Below are positions 1 to 13,677 of a stretch of 64,000 nt of DNA, piece after piece; the stretch's first letter is position 1, and the number at the start of each line of letters is the position of its first letter. Both the position numbers and the translations under genes were made by a program. Under the pieces are notes generated by a model. That model made no database searches. It was not told the DNA's origin and worked only from the letters and a program-made list of their open reading frames with translations. The DNA comes from Pristiophorus japonicus (lineage: Eukaryota), in assembly GCF_044704955.1 (NCBI RefSeq), contig NC_091989.1, forward strand, positions 104,966,001 to 105,030,000, read 5' to 3'.

Positions 1-146
1 TTACACTCCATGCAGTGTCAAACTGAAGTGGTGTAAGACTACCACTTCCAGGATGTCACACTGTTCATTCATTGTTCTAGATTTTAGTGGGGCCCTGGCT
101 CTGGATTTACATTGGGAAGTGGAAATTGTGTTCCATGGAAAACATT

Positions 147-837
147 GGGGTGAAAATTGCGGTCGGAGGCTTCTGTCGTACAAAATCTGGTGGTCCCAGA
201 GGAACGTAGGCTTCTCGTCGGAGGCCTAGATTGGCTGTGCAGTGCACGGGAAGATGTCTTTCACATATGTACGTAAGCTGGAAGCACGTGGGCCTGGACC
301 ACCAATCACTATGCAGTATTCTCTTTGATAAAAATGGGAGCTCCGTTTGTACGAGTTTCCATTACTACCAATGAGAAAACCCCTTAAACACCAAAACACA
401 GCATAACAAATAAATAAAACATCTCACATATTTAAAGTTAATTGAAATTAAATATAATTAAATGATTTAGAAAAACAAACATTTTTTGGAAAAAAAATGT
501 ATGTGTTGCAATAGGGTTAAAAATAAACTTACCTTAATGGACAGGGTTTTTAATATAAAAATGAGTGTTAAATTTAATTTGTATATATTTTTAAAGTGTT
601 ACATCGGTAAAAGTAAGCTATACACCTGCTTTTACCAGGAGTAAAAGTTTGAAGGACATTCGCTGGGCATGATTTGGGCAAATAGCCCAATCTCTCCCCT
701 GCAGATGTCCTTCTCCCATAGGATCTGTATGGAGAAATCTTGGCATGCATGTCGCGTGCCGAGAACCGGCTTTTGCAAGGCCTCACCGGGTCCATGCGCA
801 CTTCGTAAGGACCCGGCGAGGCCGTAATTTTTGACCC
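147..837. mobile_element. Non-autonomous Harbinger-type MITE (paralogue of 59785-60483)
   Basis: Imperfect terminal inverted repeats GGGGTGAAAATTGCGG ... CCGTAATTTTTGACCC, AT-rich interior, no coding capacity; a similar copy lies at 59785-60483. Confidence 0.6.
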
Positions 838-1271
838 AACCTTTGCAGCTTAATGCTGCAACACTAACCATCACCCTACAATGAACCCAGCAGAATAATA
901 TGTGTATTTGTCGTAAAGAGCACATTTGGCGAAACTAACGCCCAGGAAATCGGCCACCGTCACTTTCACCATCTCGCACACATATCGCCCACAATATCGC
1001 TCACCCAAAAAAAACGCCCAGAAAAAGTGGAACTGTTCTGAACTAAAGCCAGCGGTGTGGCTGCCATTTTTTAAATCGCAGGTCACTTCATTCAAAAGGC
1101 TGCTTCAACTTTGGGGGAATGTGCATTGACTCTGGAGTTCTTCTCAGGTGAAGTAACCATCTCAACAGACATATTTTCAGACTCTGGAATATTGGGGGAT
1201 AATCTAGGTTGATTTTAGTAAGGAAATGATTGCTTCTGATCAATCGCTATTATACTTTCATTGCAATGGGG

Positions 1272-3423
1272 CCAGCCATTTCTCAGCCTGCATCGATTAA
1301 TACACAGATGCTGAAGAATGCAGATGGCTCAATATGTGATGCACATCATTATGTCCCCAATTTAAGATGTGCAAGAATGAGTAGGAGGGCCCGATCATAC
1401 ACACCCCTCATGTACAGGGAAAAGAGGTCTTACCTCGATGTGACGAGGGGATTAAATGTAGTATCTCCAAATTTGCGGATGACACTAAGTTGAGTGGCAG
1501 TGTGAGCTGCGAGGAGGATGCTATGAGGCTGCAGACTTGGATAGGTTAGGTGAGTGGGCAAATACATGGCAGATGAAGTATAATGTGGATAAATGTGAGG
1601 TTATCCACTTTGGTGGTAAAAACAGAGAGACAGACTATTATCTGAATGGTGACAGATTAGGAAAAGGGGAGGTGCAATGAGACCTGGGTGTCATGGTACA
1701 TCAGTCATTGAAGGTTAGCATGCAGGTACAGCAGGCGGTTAAGAAAGCAAATGGCATGTTGGCCTTCATAGCGAGGGGATTTGAGTACAGGGGCAGGGAG
1801 GTGTTGCTACAGTTGTACAGGGCCTTGATGAGGCCACACCTGGATTATTGTGTACAGTTTTGGTCTCCTAACTTGAGGAAGGACATTCTTGCTATTGAGG
1901 GAGTGCAGCGAAGGTTCACCAGACTGATTCCCGGGATGGCGGGACTGACATATCAAGAAAGACTGGATCAACTGGGCTTGTATTCACTGGAGTTCAGAAG
2001 AATGAGAGGGGATCTCATAGAAACGTTTAAAATTCTAACGGGTTTGGACATGTTAGATGCAGGAAGAATGTTCCCAATGTTGGGGAACTCCAGAACCAGG
2101 GGTCACAGTCTAAGGATAAAGGGTAAGCCATTTAGGATTGAGATGAGGAGAAACTTCTTCATCCAGAGAGTGGTGAACCTGTGGAATTCTCTACCACAGG
2201 AAGTTGTTGAGGCCAATTCACTAAATATATTCAAAAAGGAGTTAGATATAGTCCTTACTACTAGGGGGATCAGGGGGTATTGTGAGAAAGCAGGAATGGG
2301 GTACTGAAGTTGCATGTTCAGCCATGAACTCATTGAATGGCGGTGCAGGCTTGAAGGGCTGAATGGCCTACTCCTGCACCTATTTTCTATGTTTCTATGT
2401 TTCTATGTCTGACCACACCTGCCTTCGGAGACTGCACTTCCACAAGGTGGTGATCAATGAAATATGTGATCTCATCAAGTCACATAGGCAGCCTGCCATC
2501 AGGACATCAGTGTCGATTGAGGCCAAGGTCACTGCGGCACTGTCTTTCTATGTGTCTGATACGTTTCGGGCCTCCGCGGTCAAGATTTGCCCTCTGTCTA
2601 ACCATGCCACCCATCGCTGCATTAGATAGGTCACAAAGACCCTTTACGCGCAAAGGATGGACTTCATCAGCTTGCCCATGGCCACGGAGGCTCTGATTGA
2701 CAGGGCTGGAGCATTCTACCACATTGCTAAGTTCCCCAGGGTGCAGGGAGCAATAAAGTGCACTCATATCGTCATGCGGCCACCTTCTCAGGACCTGGAG
2801 CGTTTTCGTAACAGATAAGGATTTCACTCCCTGAAGGTCCAACTAGTTGTCGACCACAACCAGATCATACTGGCAGTGAATGCCAAATGTCCGGCCAGCT
2901 TCGATGAGGCTCACATCCTACATCAGAGCGTTGTCTCTGACATCTTTAAGAGTCAGCCGCAAGGACAATGCTGGATGCTTGGTGATAACCGATATGGCCT
3001 AGCCACCTGGCTAATGACTCCCCTGCATTACACCCACACGAGGCCGAGAAGCGATACAACCGGAGCCACAGAGACACACGCAATGTGGTCCACAAAACAA
3101 TAACTGTGCTTAAGCAGAGCTTCAGATGTCTGGACCACTCAGGAGAGGAGCTACAATACAACCCTGAGCAAGTAGGTAAATTTGTGATCGTGTGCTCCAT
3201 GCTGCACAACCTGGCTATCAGGAGGGGAAAGAATTGCCAGAAGGGACTAATGCTCCACCTCAGGCGAGAGAGGATGAGGATGATGAGGGGCTGGATGCTG
3301 GCCTAGGGCCAGACAATCAGGCTCATGCCCAAGACCCCCTCCAGACTGCAGGAAAGGGCCCGTGGTGGCTACATAGCTGCAAGACTCTTACATGAGGAGC
3401 TGATACCTGAATGATTTTCCTGA
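1272..3423 (+). pseudogene. Harbinger (HARBI1-like) DDE transposase pseudogene, interrupted by a CR1
   Basis: Fragments SDHTCLRRLHF, VTAALSFY, VQGAIKCTHI (usual GAIDCTHI), FRNR*GFHSLKVQLV, WMLGDNRYG, LKQSFRCLD, IVCSMLHN, followed by an acidic tail; stops and frameshifts present. Confidence 0.88.
1442..2407 (+). mobile_element. CR1 LINE 3' fragment nested in the Harbinger transposase
   Basis: FADD region through [13 protein letters not shown]...GMGY and a (TTTCTATG)n tail; the transposase frame LDV|SDHT resumes after it. Confidence 0.93.
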
Positions 3424-3931
3424 AAGAACATTGCTGTGAGTGACAACGCAGACACACTACTGAGTGTGTGCAGCTCAGACATCAATGATGCCCATTACCC
3501 TGGTGCCAGTTAAAGTTTACGTTGATTGAAGTTAAGTTTTATTTAACCCTTTCATGTTAAGGAATCACCAGTGTGCAATGGTCCAGCTACCTGAGACAAT
3601 GTGCAACAAGGTTATGTACAATAAAAAACATTTTATCCCAACATTGGTCTGAAATCACAGGAAAAAACACCCAACACCAGCCCACACCCCACTTTTTCCA
3701 CCATTGACATCAATCAAATGTTCAACATGTCCAGCAGCACAGAATACAAATGCAAAGCAGGAGGATGGTCCCCTCCCCCCATACATTACAACAAATTGCA
3801 TACACACAGATGGAGATATAACACAGCCATCACCTGCAGACATGCACCTAACTTTCCTTCCCCCCTCCCCTTCTTCTCCCCACCTCTACCCCTTCCTCTC
3901 CTCACCCCACAGTGCCAGGCCGAGGAGCTCC

Positions 3932-5616
3932 TTAGGCGGTGCCTCATTGGGGGTGGATCAAGGCAGAGGTGGTTCTTGCACAGGTACAGAAGTGGAGGGT
4001 GCCGAGGGGACAACAAGCTCTGATGCAGAAGCAGGATCTTGGTCCTTCCTCTCATCTGTCGTTCACAGTGGTGGTGCAGAACCTGGGGTGGAGTGCCGCA
4101 CTCTGGGACCACTGGGAGACCTGTGCCAGCAGTGTTCCTGGCTAGCGCATCTGGGGCCTCCGCCATCCGTGGAACGTACTCAGTCATGGTGGCCAGCTGT
4201 CGGGATATGCCCCCCAATGCTTCGATGAGCTGGTCACCGATGCCTACAGTCCTCCTGGACAACTGTACCATCTCTCTGCTCTCATGAGGCGCTCATGGAC
4301 CAGACCTCCGTGGTGTCGGCGCTGTCCTGGGGTCAAATGGGGTGCCCTGTGGCGAGGTGCTTGGGGCCGGTACCTCCAGAGTGGATGCAAGAATGACTGG
4401 AGGAGCACTAAATGGTCTTGCGGTGGAATGGCTTCTGGAGCGTGGCGATGCAGGTTCCTCAAATCCGTGCTCTCATACGTAGAGAACAGAACCAGTGGAT
4501 TGACGGGCGAGAATCGGAGCTCCTCAGCATCAGATGTAGGATCATCCGGTGAGTCTGGCCCCGCGCCCCCACCTTCTGGCCTCTGTGGTCTTGCTTGGGG
4601 CTGCACTGCTCGCTGAGCTGCAAAATACAAATGAGGTTATTAGAGGAGAAGGGGGTGCTAGGGTCACAAGGTGAGTCCAGCGCTACACACAGCATATGCA
4701 CGACAAAAGCACCACTGCTATCAAAATCATCACAGACATCACATTTCATGACCAATAAAACATAAACATTGCAATGATTTTCATTAGGCCAGCATTATTT
4801 CTAGGACAATTTTAGAATTCTTCTGTCATATATGATTATTCAGATATGAGTTGGTGTGGCATCTATTGACTTTACATCATGCAATGGTGTAAGCTTTGCT
4901 CACGTGGCATCAGTTCAAGGTCTGCAGATGCATCCGTGGTTGTCCGGGGATGCTTCCCCACAAGTGCGAGCACCTGCTCCTACATGTCAGTGATGTCACT
5001 GGGGACTGGTGGCCCACCACCCATTTGCCTCTGTACAGACCTCATAGTCGATAGCTTCTTCTGTAAAAGGTGACAGGATGACATGGCATGAGATCATTGC
5101 GTGATATCATTGCTTGGTACTGTCACAGAGACTGAGACAACACATAACCGACATGTGTAATCATGATTATTATGATAATTATCATTCTTCACATAAAGAT
5201 GTGCACCATGACCGCAGGCTTTGAATAAAACATTCGCGGTAAAAGTGAAAGACCTCACATCTGCTGATAGTCACTTATGACTGTTACAAATCAAATTATA
5301 TAAAATGTAAGTACAAGTAAATAAATGGAATATTTACTCTTGCCGATCCCACAAGGTCGTTCTATCGTTTGCGGCATTGGTTGCCCTCATGCACCTCGTT
5401 GGTCGTCGACGAGACCACCTCTGCTATCTCGGCCCATATCTTCTGGTAGGCCTTTGGGGTGGGCTTTCCACGCCCACCTTGGCTCAAATCACCCCAGCGT
5501 AACTCGACCTCCTGCAGGAGGAAGGCATTTGCCTCGTCCGAGAATCTCCTCACACTTTTGCACCCTCCAATATGCTCCTCCCCCACCTCACTGCTCTCGC
5601 CAGCATCAGTCTCCAC
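3932..5616 (-). pseudogene. Harbinger Myb/SANT-like DNA-binding protein gene, about 3 exons, decayed
   Basis: 5362-5616 encodes RRFSDEANAFLLQEV...QKIWAEIAEVVSS...QCRKR. Further exons at about 5060-4904 and 4617-3932 have AG/GT boundaries. Confidence 0.8.
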
Positions 5617-6689
5617 GGCATGCTATGATGCCTCCTCTTCTCCCTCTATTATAGACCAAATTCGGGCAAATATGTGGTTGGTAACATCTAATTTTTGTTT
5701 CCTTATTTGCTCTAAAGCTTTAAACGCTTCCTCCTTCCTCCCAAAGCAGCCACACCACACCCACACACGCATTCAGTCCCTCTCAGCTCCTTCTTTCTCT
5801 TCTGCGTATGTCATGATGACCCTTGACCTCCTCAATCGCGGGAATCATGCATTGCCATGCCTTTGCAAAGGACGGCGACACTTTACGGCAGAAGGTCAGC
5901 ACGATTTAACGCTACCGCCCATTTCATATCGCTCGCGTTAACGCCCAATTTCAAAAATGGAGACGAGGTGCTTTGAGAATGGGCGAGAAGCCGGCGATCT
6001 GAAAACCCATTTTTACCACCCACGTCGGAAATAACACCCATTTTTGGGCGATATGCACAAAAGTGTAAAATCTAGCCCCAGATCATCTGCATTTAGTGGT
6101 GTTGGTTGTGGGAAGAATGTTGGCCAGGACTCCAGGAAAACTCTATATGGAATGGGTTCTTTAAGAACACCTCCGGGATTGGAGGGCTTCATTAGTACTT
6201 TGGAATAAAACTGCTCAGGAGTGACATTATTGCTGCAATATCAACCCTAAACAATCAAAATAATCACTGAAATTAAAATAAAAGGTGAAACTCTCTCATT
6301 ATGATCATTGTGATCTATTTCCCTATCCTGTTATTTATTTTTGTATTTTTAATTTTAAATGATCTCTCTCAGATTGTGATAAAACTGTGAGCAACTCACC
6401 CAAGTAATCTTCTGGGGATTTAAAAACCTAGCAATGTAGAGGAAAAGGAGAGAACATTGAGTTACCAGTATCTATCCCTTATAACCCCCAACCCTTTCAC
6501 TCACCAAAAAACCATTTACTGTTGTCATGCTTCTTGTAGATAGGTCCAATCTAATGCTTCACAGAACAGCAAAATGCCCAACCTTTCATTTATGGCAACT
6601 GTGGCTAAGATGGTGGTGTTTGTGTTGCACATCAAGATCATTGAAAAATATCCATTGCGTATGGGGGTGAAAGGCATCATTTGAAGAAA

Positions 6690-7135
6690 AGAACATATAT
6701 AGAGCGCCTTTCATGACCTCGGATCCTCCCATAATGCTTGACAGCCAATGAAGTACTTTTTGAAGTGTAGTCACTGTTGGTAATGCAGGAAGTAGACAAC
6801 AGTTTGTGCACAGCAAGTTTCCACAAACAACAATGTGATAATCACCAGATAATCTGTTTTTTGTGATGTTGGTTGAGGGATAAATATTGGGTAGGAAACC
6901 GAAAAGAACTCCCATGCTCTTCTTCCAATAGTTCCATGGGATCCTTTACACCCACCTGACAGGCCAGAGGGTGCCTCAGTTTAACGTCTCATGCAAGACA
7001 GCAAATCCGACAGTGCAGCACTCCCTGTACTGAAGTGTCAACCTGGATTATGTGTTGAAATCTCAGAGTGGGATTTAAACCCATTACCTTCTGACTCACA
7101 GGGGACAGTGCTACAATTGAGCAAAAGCTGACACC
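6690..7135 (-). mobile_element. tRNA-derived SINE, DeuSINE/SacSINE1-like
   Basis: The minus strand has a tRNA-like head followed by a Deu-domain-like core (GAGTGCTGCACTGTCGGA...GAGACGTTAAACTGAGG). Related copies at 52010-52225 and 61725-62090. Family assigned from recall. Confidence 0.7.
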
Positions 7136-7312
7136 TTCATGTTGCAGCCATCATTTAAATCTAAATGATATGCAGCTTGAGCTGCAAGCTCTCCCTTAAT
7201 TATAATCATCGTCCCCAGCTGAATGAATGCAGTAGCATCAAAGATTGGTGCTGTTGCTGTTGTTGCTGCTCGCCCGAGGTGATGCCGATGAATCAGGGGC
7301 CGAGCTGTAACA

Positions 7313-7729
7313 ACTATTTTCAGTTAAAACAATAATCAAGTGTCCCCTGATTAAAGGGGGGGGGCACTAAAACTGAGACAATTAAACAAATTAAACTTTG
7401 GACAGTCAAATTAAATCAAATTAAAATTTGGTTGCCGGGGGTGATGATGCACTCCAGTCCCTCCAGCGCCCACTTCTCGCGGAAGGCCGCGAGCCTACCG
7501 GTGAACACCACATGCTCCATCTCCAGGGACACCCTGGCTCGGATGCAACCGCGGAAGAGAGGCAGGCAGTCGGTCTGAACTACCCCCTCGACCACCCGCG
7601 ACCTGGACCGGTTGATGGCCACCTTGGCCATGCCCAGGAGCAGTCCTACTAGGAGGCCCTCTGACCTGCCCATTCCCCTGCGCACAGGGTGCTCAAAGAT
7701 CAGGTGCGGGACTGAAGTGCAACCAGAAA
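7313..7729 (-). mobile_element. Tx1/L1-clade LINE 3' fragment with 13-bp TSD
   Basis: ORF2 C-terminus LLLGMAKVAINRSR...GNQILI*; direct repeat CCGAGCTGTAACA at 7300-7312 and 7730-7742. Confidence 0.8.
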
Positions 7730-8419
7730 CCGAGCTGTAACATCCCTTGTAATGGAAGTTTCATCTGACAGGTTCACATGCTTAAATTTTGCCGATCACT
7801 TCAGTGACTATGGATCGAAAAACATCCAAATGAGGGACAATGGTGAAATATGGAATACAAATGTTTAACTTACGTGCACAAAGGTTTGTTTACATTACTT
7901 TGTGTGAAAAAAAAAGTTGTTAAAATGAACACATGAAACCCAACCAGTAATGCAGAAAGCGTTCAAGCCAGCCCCGTACACCACAACCCTTTCTAGTTTA
8001 CCTTCTAAAAAATGCCGTGCCATTAAATCGATAATTTGCTAAAACTAACGCAAAGAGGGAAATATCGGGGTTGATTGTCTTCATGTTGTTTTGGCTATTC
8101 CTATAACAGCGCTCTACTCCCGACAACGTTTGCCCTGGCGTACCTGGAAATAAGGACTAGACGTGGGGTTCCCAACCCTCCTGCTTTGGGTGGGAGTCTC
8201 CCGGATTGGATGATTGGTCTCCCAAATGCTGCTTGTGTGCGTGATTCGTGCATGCGCAGTATCCTGGCTGTCCCACTTTGCAGCTAATTCGCGTTGTCTG
8301 GGTCCTGCAAGTCACCCTGCTATTGGGAAACACTGTTTCATTGCCGGTTATGAGGATGGTGGCATTGGAACCAACAAAAACCACCTTGAAAGTCCGTATT
8401 TCATCCCGACACACAAACA

Positions 8420-9705
8420 ATGACAGACAGGTAAAGATCATCTGGTCCATCGAGCCTGTCCCACACAATTGCGATACCTTGTGTATCACAACATATACAC
8501 TCAACCCCACCCGAAAAGAACAGATTATTAAAAAACAGACCAATTCTGGTAAATTCCTCTCTCACCCATCTAGGCTATGGAAACTACTCCAGATGATCAC
8601 TCTGGCCCTGAATTCCCTGCAGTACCCACCTTCTGTAAGAGGTGATCTCCAGCCCAGCCAGAAACACATCCAACTCTCGTTTGAAGGAATTCATGAGTCC
8701 GCGACCACCACACGAGATGGCAGCCTGTTACAGAGGTCCACTACTCTCTGGGAAAAGAAAAACTTCCTGACATCTAACCTAGATCTAGCCGTATACAACT
8801 TAAATTTGTGACCCCTAGTCCTGCATAACCTGGATAATTGAAATAAACTCTCAGCTGGAAACCAATCAATTCACCTCATTATCTTACAAACCTCAATCAG
8901 ATCCCACCCTAAGTCGATGCTTCTCTAAAGTACAGAGCCCCAACTCCTTTAGCCTATCTTGATAACTATGATGCATTAGACTGGGAATTAGTCTAGTGGC
9001 TCTCCTCTGCACCCTTTCCAAAGCTTCAATATCACCCACCATGTGAGGAGACCAAAACTGAACACAGTATTTCAAATGCAGCCTAAGGTCTTGTACAAGG
9101 ACAAAACAGTATGCCTAATCTTGTACTCATTTGTCCTATGGATACATCCCAGCACCCTATTTGTCCTAGCTATCGCTACACAGCATTACTCGTGTACCTT
9201 TAAGGATGTCTGCACTAGAATGCCCAAATCTCTTTCTAGCTCCAACATCTTTAATTCCTTTCCCTGAGGGGTGTATGAATGTTGAGCATTTGCTCTGCCA
9301 AGATGCAAAACACTGCACTTATCTAAGTTATACATCATGTTCCAGTCTTGAGTCAATTTCCCAAATGCATTAAGATCTGCCTCAAGCGGACAAGCATCAT
9401 TGAGAGTTGTAACGCTCGCATTGGTCTTGGCATCATCTGCAACTTTGCAGATTGTGGCACCAACACCGACATCCAATCATTAATATAAATAGTAAAGTGC
9501 AACAATCCCAACACTGATCCCTCTGAGACATCACTGGTAACCAGTCTCCAAACAGATCCAAACTTATCTATAATTACTTTTTGCCTGCATCCTTCCTTCC
9601 AATTCTGAATCCAGCTCAAAGTATTACCACTATTACCAGAGGCTTCAATTTGAGAGAAACCTCTTATGCGGTACCTTAGTAAAAACTTTTTTGAAATCTT
9701 AGTGG
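8420..9705 (-). mobile_element. Older CR1-group LINE fragment (continues at about 11244-11330)
   Basis: Degenerate RT motifs [32 protein letters not shown]; split by the younger CR1 at 9711-11243. Confidence 0.8.
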
Positions 9706-9710
9706 ACATA

Positions 9711-11243
9711 AAAACATAGAAACATAGAAATTAGCTGCAGGAGCAGGCCATTCGGCCCTTTGAGCCTGCACCGCCATTCAATAAGATCATGGCTGATCAT
9801 TCAACCTCAGTACCCTTTTTCTGCTTTCTCTCCATACTCCTTGATCCCTTTGGCCATAAGGACCATATCAAACTCCCTTTTGAATATATCTAATGAACTG
9901 GCCTCAACAACTTTCTGCAGTAGAGAATTCCACAGGTTAACCACTCTCTGAGTGAAGAAGTTTCTCCTCATCTCGGTCCTAAATGGCTTACCCCTTATTC
10001 TTAGACTGTGACCCCTGTTCTGGAACTCCCCAGCAACGGGAACATTCTTCCTGCCTCTAACCTGTACAATCCCATCAGAATTTTATATGTTTCTATTCTT
10101 CTCTCATTCTTCTAAACTCCAGTGGATATAAGCCCAGTTGATCCAGTCTCTCCTCATATGTCAGTCCTGCCATCCCGGGAATCAATCTGGTGAACCTTCG
10201 CTGAATTCACTCAATAGCAAGAACATCCTTCCTCAGAGTAGAAGACCAAAACTGAACACAATATTCCAGGTGTGGCCTCACCAAGGCCCTGTACAACTTC
10301 AGTAAGTCCTCCCTGCTGCTATACTCAAATCCTCTAGCTATGAAGGCCAACATGCCATTTGCCCTCTTCACTGCCTGCTGTACCTGCATGCCAAACTTCA
10401 ATGATTGAGGTACCATGACACCCAGGTCTTGCTGCACCTCCCCTTTTACTAATCTGTCACCATTCAGATAATAGTCTGTTTTCCTGTTTTTGCCACCAAA
10501 GTGGATAGCCTCACATTTATCCACATTATACTGCATCTGCCATGCATTTGCCCACTCACCTAACCTGTCCAAGTCACCCTGCAGCTTCTTAGCATCCTCC
10601 TCACAGCTCACACCACCACCCAGCTTAATGTCATCTGCAAACTTGGAGATATTACATTCAATTCCTTCATCTAAATCATTGATGTATATTGTAAATAACT
10701 GGGGTCCCAGCACTGAACCGTGCGGCACCCCACTGATCACTGCCTGCCATTCTGAAAAGGACCTGTTTATTCCGAATCTCTGCTTCCTGTCTGCTAACCA
10801 GTTCTCTATCCACATCAGCACCATGTGCTTTAATTTTGCACACTAATCTCTTGTGTGGGACCTTGTCAAAAGCATTTTGAAAGTCCAAATACACCACATC
10901 CACTGGTTCTCCCTTGTCCACTCTAGTTACATCCTCAAAAAATTCTAGGAGATTTGTCAAGCATGATTTCCCTTTCATAAATCCATGCTGACTTGGACCA
11001 ATCCTGTCACTGCTTTCCAAATGTGCTGCTATTTCTTCTTTAATTGATTCCAACATTTTCCCCACCACCGATGTTAGGCTAACCGGTCTATAATTCACTG
11101 TTTTTTCTCTCCCTTTTTTAAAAAGTGGTGTTACATTAGCTACCCTCCAGTCCATAGGAACTGATCCAGAGTCAATAAAATATTGGAAAATGATCTCCAA
11201 TGCATCCACTATTTCTAGGGCCACTTCCTTAAGTACTCTGGGA
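9711..11243 (-). mobile_element. CR1 LINE 3' half
   Basis: NYRPVSLTSVVGK, VYLDFQNAFD, GVPHGSVLGP, KFADD; (CATAGAAA)n tail at 9711-9730. Confidence 0.93.
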
Positions 11244-11344
11244 TAAGTATAGTGTCTACTGGACTTCCCTCATCCACCAACTTTGTAACTTTTTCAAAAA
11301 ATAGAATTAAGTTAGTTTGTGAGCAACTGAAGGAGAGATAGCGA

Positions 11345-11640
11345 GAGAGCAACGAAAAACTTGGAGGAGAAACAAACTGGGAAGGGAGGCAGGGAGAGAG
11401 AAACAAACTGGGGAAGGATGGAGGGAGAAACACAAATTGGGGAGGGAGGGAGGGAGAAACACAAATTGGGGAGAGAGAGAGGGAGGAAGAGAGAAACACA
11501 AATTGGGGAGGGAGAAACACAAACTGGAGGAGAGAAAAAAACATAAACTGGGGAGGGAAACACAAACTGGCAAGAGAGGGAGAGAGAAACAAACTGGTGA
11601 GGGAGTGAGAGAGCAGCACAAATTGCAGGGAGGGGGAGCT
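11345..11640. repeat. Purine-rich minisatellite (GGGAGAGAAACACAAATTGGGGA-like, about 10 imperfect copies)
   Basis: Recurrent GAAACACAAA(T/C)TGGGGAG units with variable GA spacers. Confidence 0.85.
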
Positions 11641-11859
11641 CACGTCAGCTTGTGATGTGTGCTGTTGTATAATGTGTTTTATTACAGAAGTTGGGCAGTT
11701 TTGGTGCTGCTTCCTGAGGAAAGAATGACACCTCCGTGAAGCTGGGCTTCAGTGCTGGGGTGTGGAAGTCAGTGAATTTACTTTGTTTTGGTTTTATTTA
11801 TTGTTTTTATGATTTGGTGTGTATTGTAAAAAGACATAAAATTGTCTTTCTTTTATTCA

Positions 11860-12845
11860 TTCCTGTGATGTGGGTGTCACTGACAAGGCCAGCATTTATT
11901 GCCCATCCTTAATTGCCCTTGAGAAGCTGATGGTGAGCCACCATCTTGAACATCTGCAGTCCTTGTGGGGAAGGTACGCACATAGTGCTGTTAAGGAGGG
12001 AGTTTCAGGATTTTGACCCAGCGACGATGAAGGAATGGCAATATATTTCCAGTCAGGATGGTGTGAAACTTATAGTGGGACATGCAGGTGATGGTGTTAC
12101 CATGTGCCTGTTGCCCTTGTCCTTCTAAGTGGTTGAGGTCGTGAGTTTGGGAGGTGCTGCCAAAGAAGCCTTGGCAAGTTGTTGCCGTGCATCTTGTAGA
12201 TAGTACACACTGCAGCCACTGTGTGCCAGTGGCGGAGGGAATTAATGTTGAAGGTGGTGGATGGGGTGCCAATCAAGCAAGCTGCTTTGTCCTAGATGGT
12301 GTCGAGTTTCTTGAGTGTTGTTGGAGCGGCATTCATCTAGGCAAGTGGAGTGTATTCCATCACACTCCTGACTTGTGCCTTGTAGATGGTGGAAAGGCTT
12401 TGGGGAGTCAGGAGGTGAGACACATGCCACAGAATATCCAGTCTCTGAATGCTCTTATAGCCATAGTATTTATGTGGCTGGTCCAGTTACGTTTCTGGTC
12501 AATGGTGACCCCCAGGATGTTGATGGTGGGAGGGTTCAGCGATGATAATGTTGTTGAATGTTACGGGCTGGTGATTAGACTCTCGCTTGTGGGAGATCGT
12601 CATTGCATGTGTGGCGTGAATGTTACTTACCACTTATCAGCCCAAGCCTGAGTGTCATCCAGGTCTTGTTGCATTCGGGCATGGACGTCTTCATTATCTG
12701 AAGAGTTGGGAATGGAACTGAACACTGTGCAATCATCAGCAAACATCCCCACTTCTTACATTAAGATGGAGGGAAGGTCATTGATGAGGCATCTGAAGAT
12801 GGTTGGGCCTAGGACACTGCCCTGAGGAACTCCTGCAGTGATGTC
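11860..12845 (-). mobile_element. CR1/L2-group LINE 3' fragment, distinct subfamily
   Basis: The minus strand from 12840 reads GVPQGSVLGPTIF..INDLPS, followed by a degenerate ORF2 C-terminus. Confidence 0.75.
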
Positions 12846-13677
12846 TGAAAACTGTAGTTAGAAGTTACTTGTATCGGTGATCTTTTTGTTGAATCAGTGG
12901 TATTCATCGTGTTTCTCATTGAAACATCACAGAAATAATTTTTATTTAAACATTACTGACCCTTAAATGTTTCTATTCTTTTGTGTTCTTGCTTTGATTT
13001 ATAAATTATGCTATTCACCTCACTATAAAACAAAAAGTCAAATCTTTTATTCTGGGCTTGCTGATATTAAGAAACTCAACTAAGGTAAATGCAGTAATGT
13101 TTGCAAACACTGGGCAAATGTCATGTGATCAAATGTCACTTATATGGAGCTAAGTCACAGATCAGCCATGATCTCATTGAATGGTGGAACAGGCTTGAGG
13201 GCTAAATGGCCTGCTCCTGTTCCTATATTCCGATGTGATTAAGCACCACATGAGCAATGTCACATGAGTGAATCTCCAGGAATACATTGAAATAGAGTTG
13301 GCAACCCAACTGTGACTCCTATCTTTTTCTATAAGATGCTGTGGGGTTATTAAGATGCTTCCAATATTTTATAATTAATTTCATGTTTCCAGCATTCAGC
13401 TCTTTTAATTTCATAAATCCAAATTTTCTGTCGTATGAAATATAAATTATTCATCTCGAGCCAATTGTTGTGCCATTACTGTTTAGTAACCCACAGTGAG
13501 CTTTTCTAATGGAAAATGTAATTTATTCTTCTCCCTCAGAATTTCAATAGCAGTCATGAGAAATGTCAGAAACAATTGCAACACTCACTCAGGTCGGTGT
13601 TGTGGGCCTTCCCTCTTGCTCATGTGATGACCCTCGTGAAATCTAAATCCCTGGATAAAAGATTTGTTATTTCCTAG

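Larger units (their letters stand above)
907..6078 (+). mobile_element. PIF/Harbinger DNA transposon, decayed, left terminus missing
   Basis: Convergent transposase (+) and Myb/SANT (-) genes. Right end is ...AAAATCTAGCCC at 6078 followed by CAG. The element is absent from the paralogous site at 61071. Confidence 0.85.

Noticed and set aside
8248-8811. 187-aa + strand ORF
   Set aside because: Its 3' half is antisense to a LINE tail, and there is no recognisable domain or splice support.
11215-11655. Low-complexity ORFs on both strands, and possible CRISPR-like spacing
   Set aside because: They are translations of a purine-rich minisatellite; there are no unique spacers or cas genes and the context is eukaryotic.
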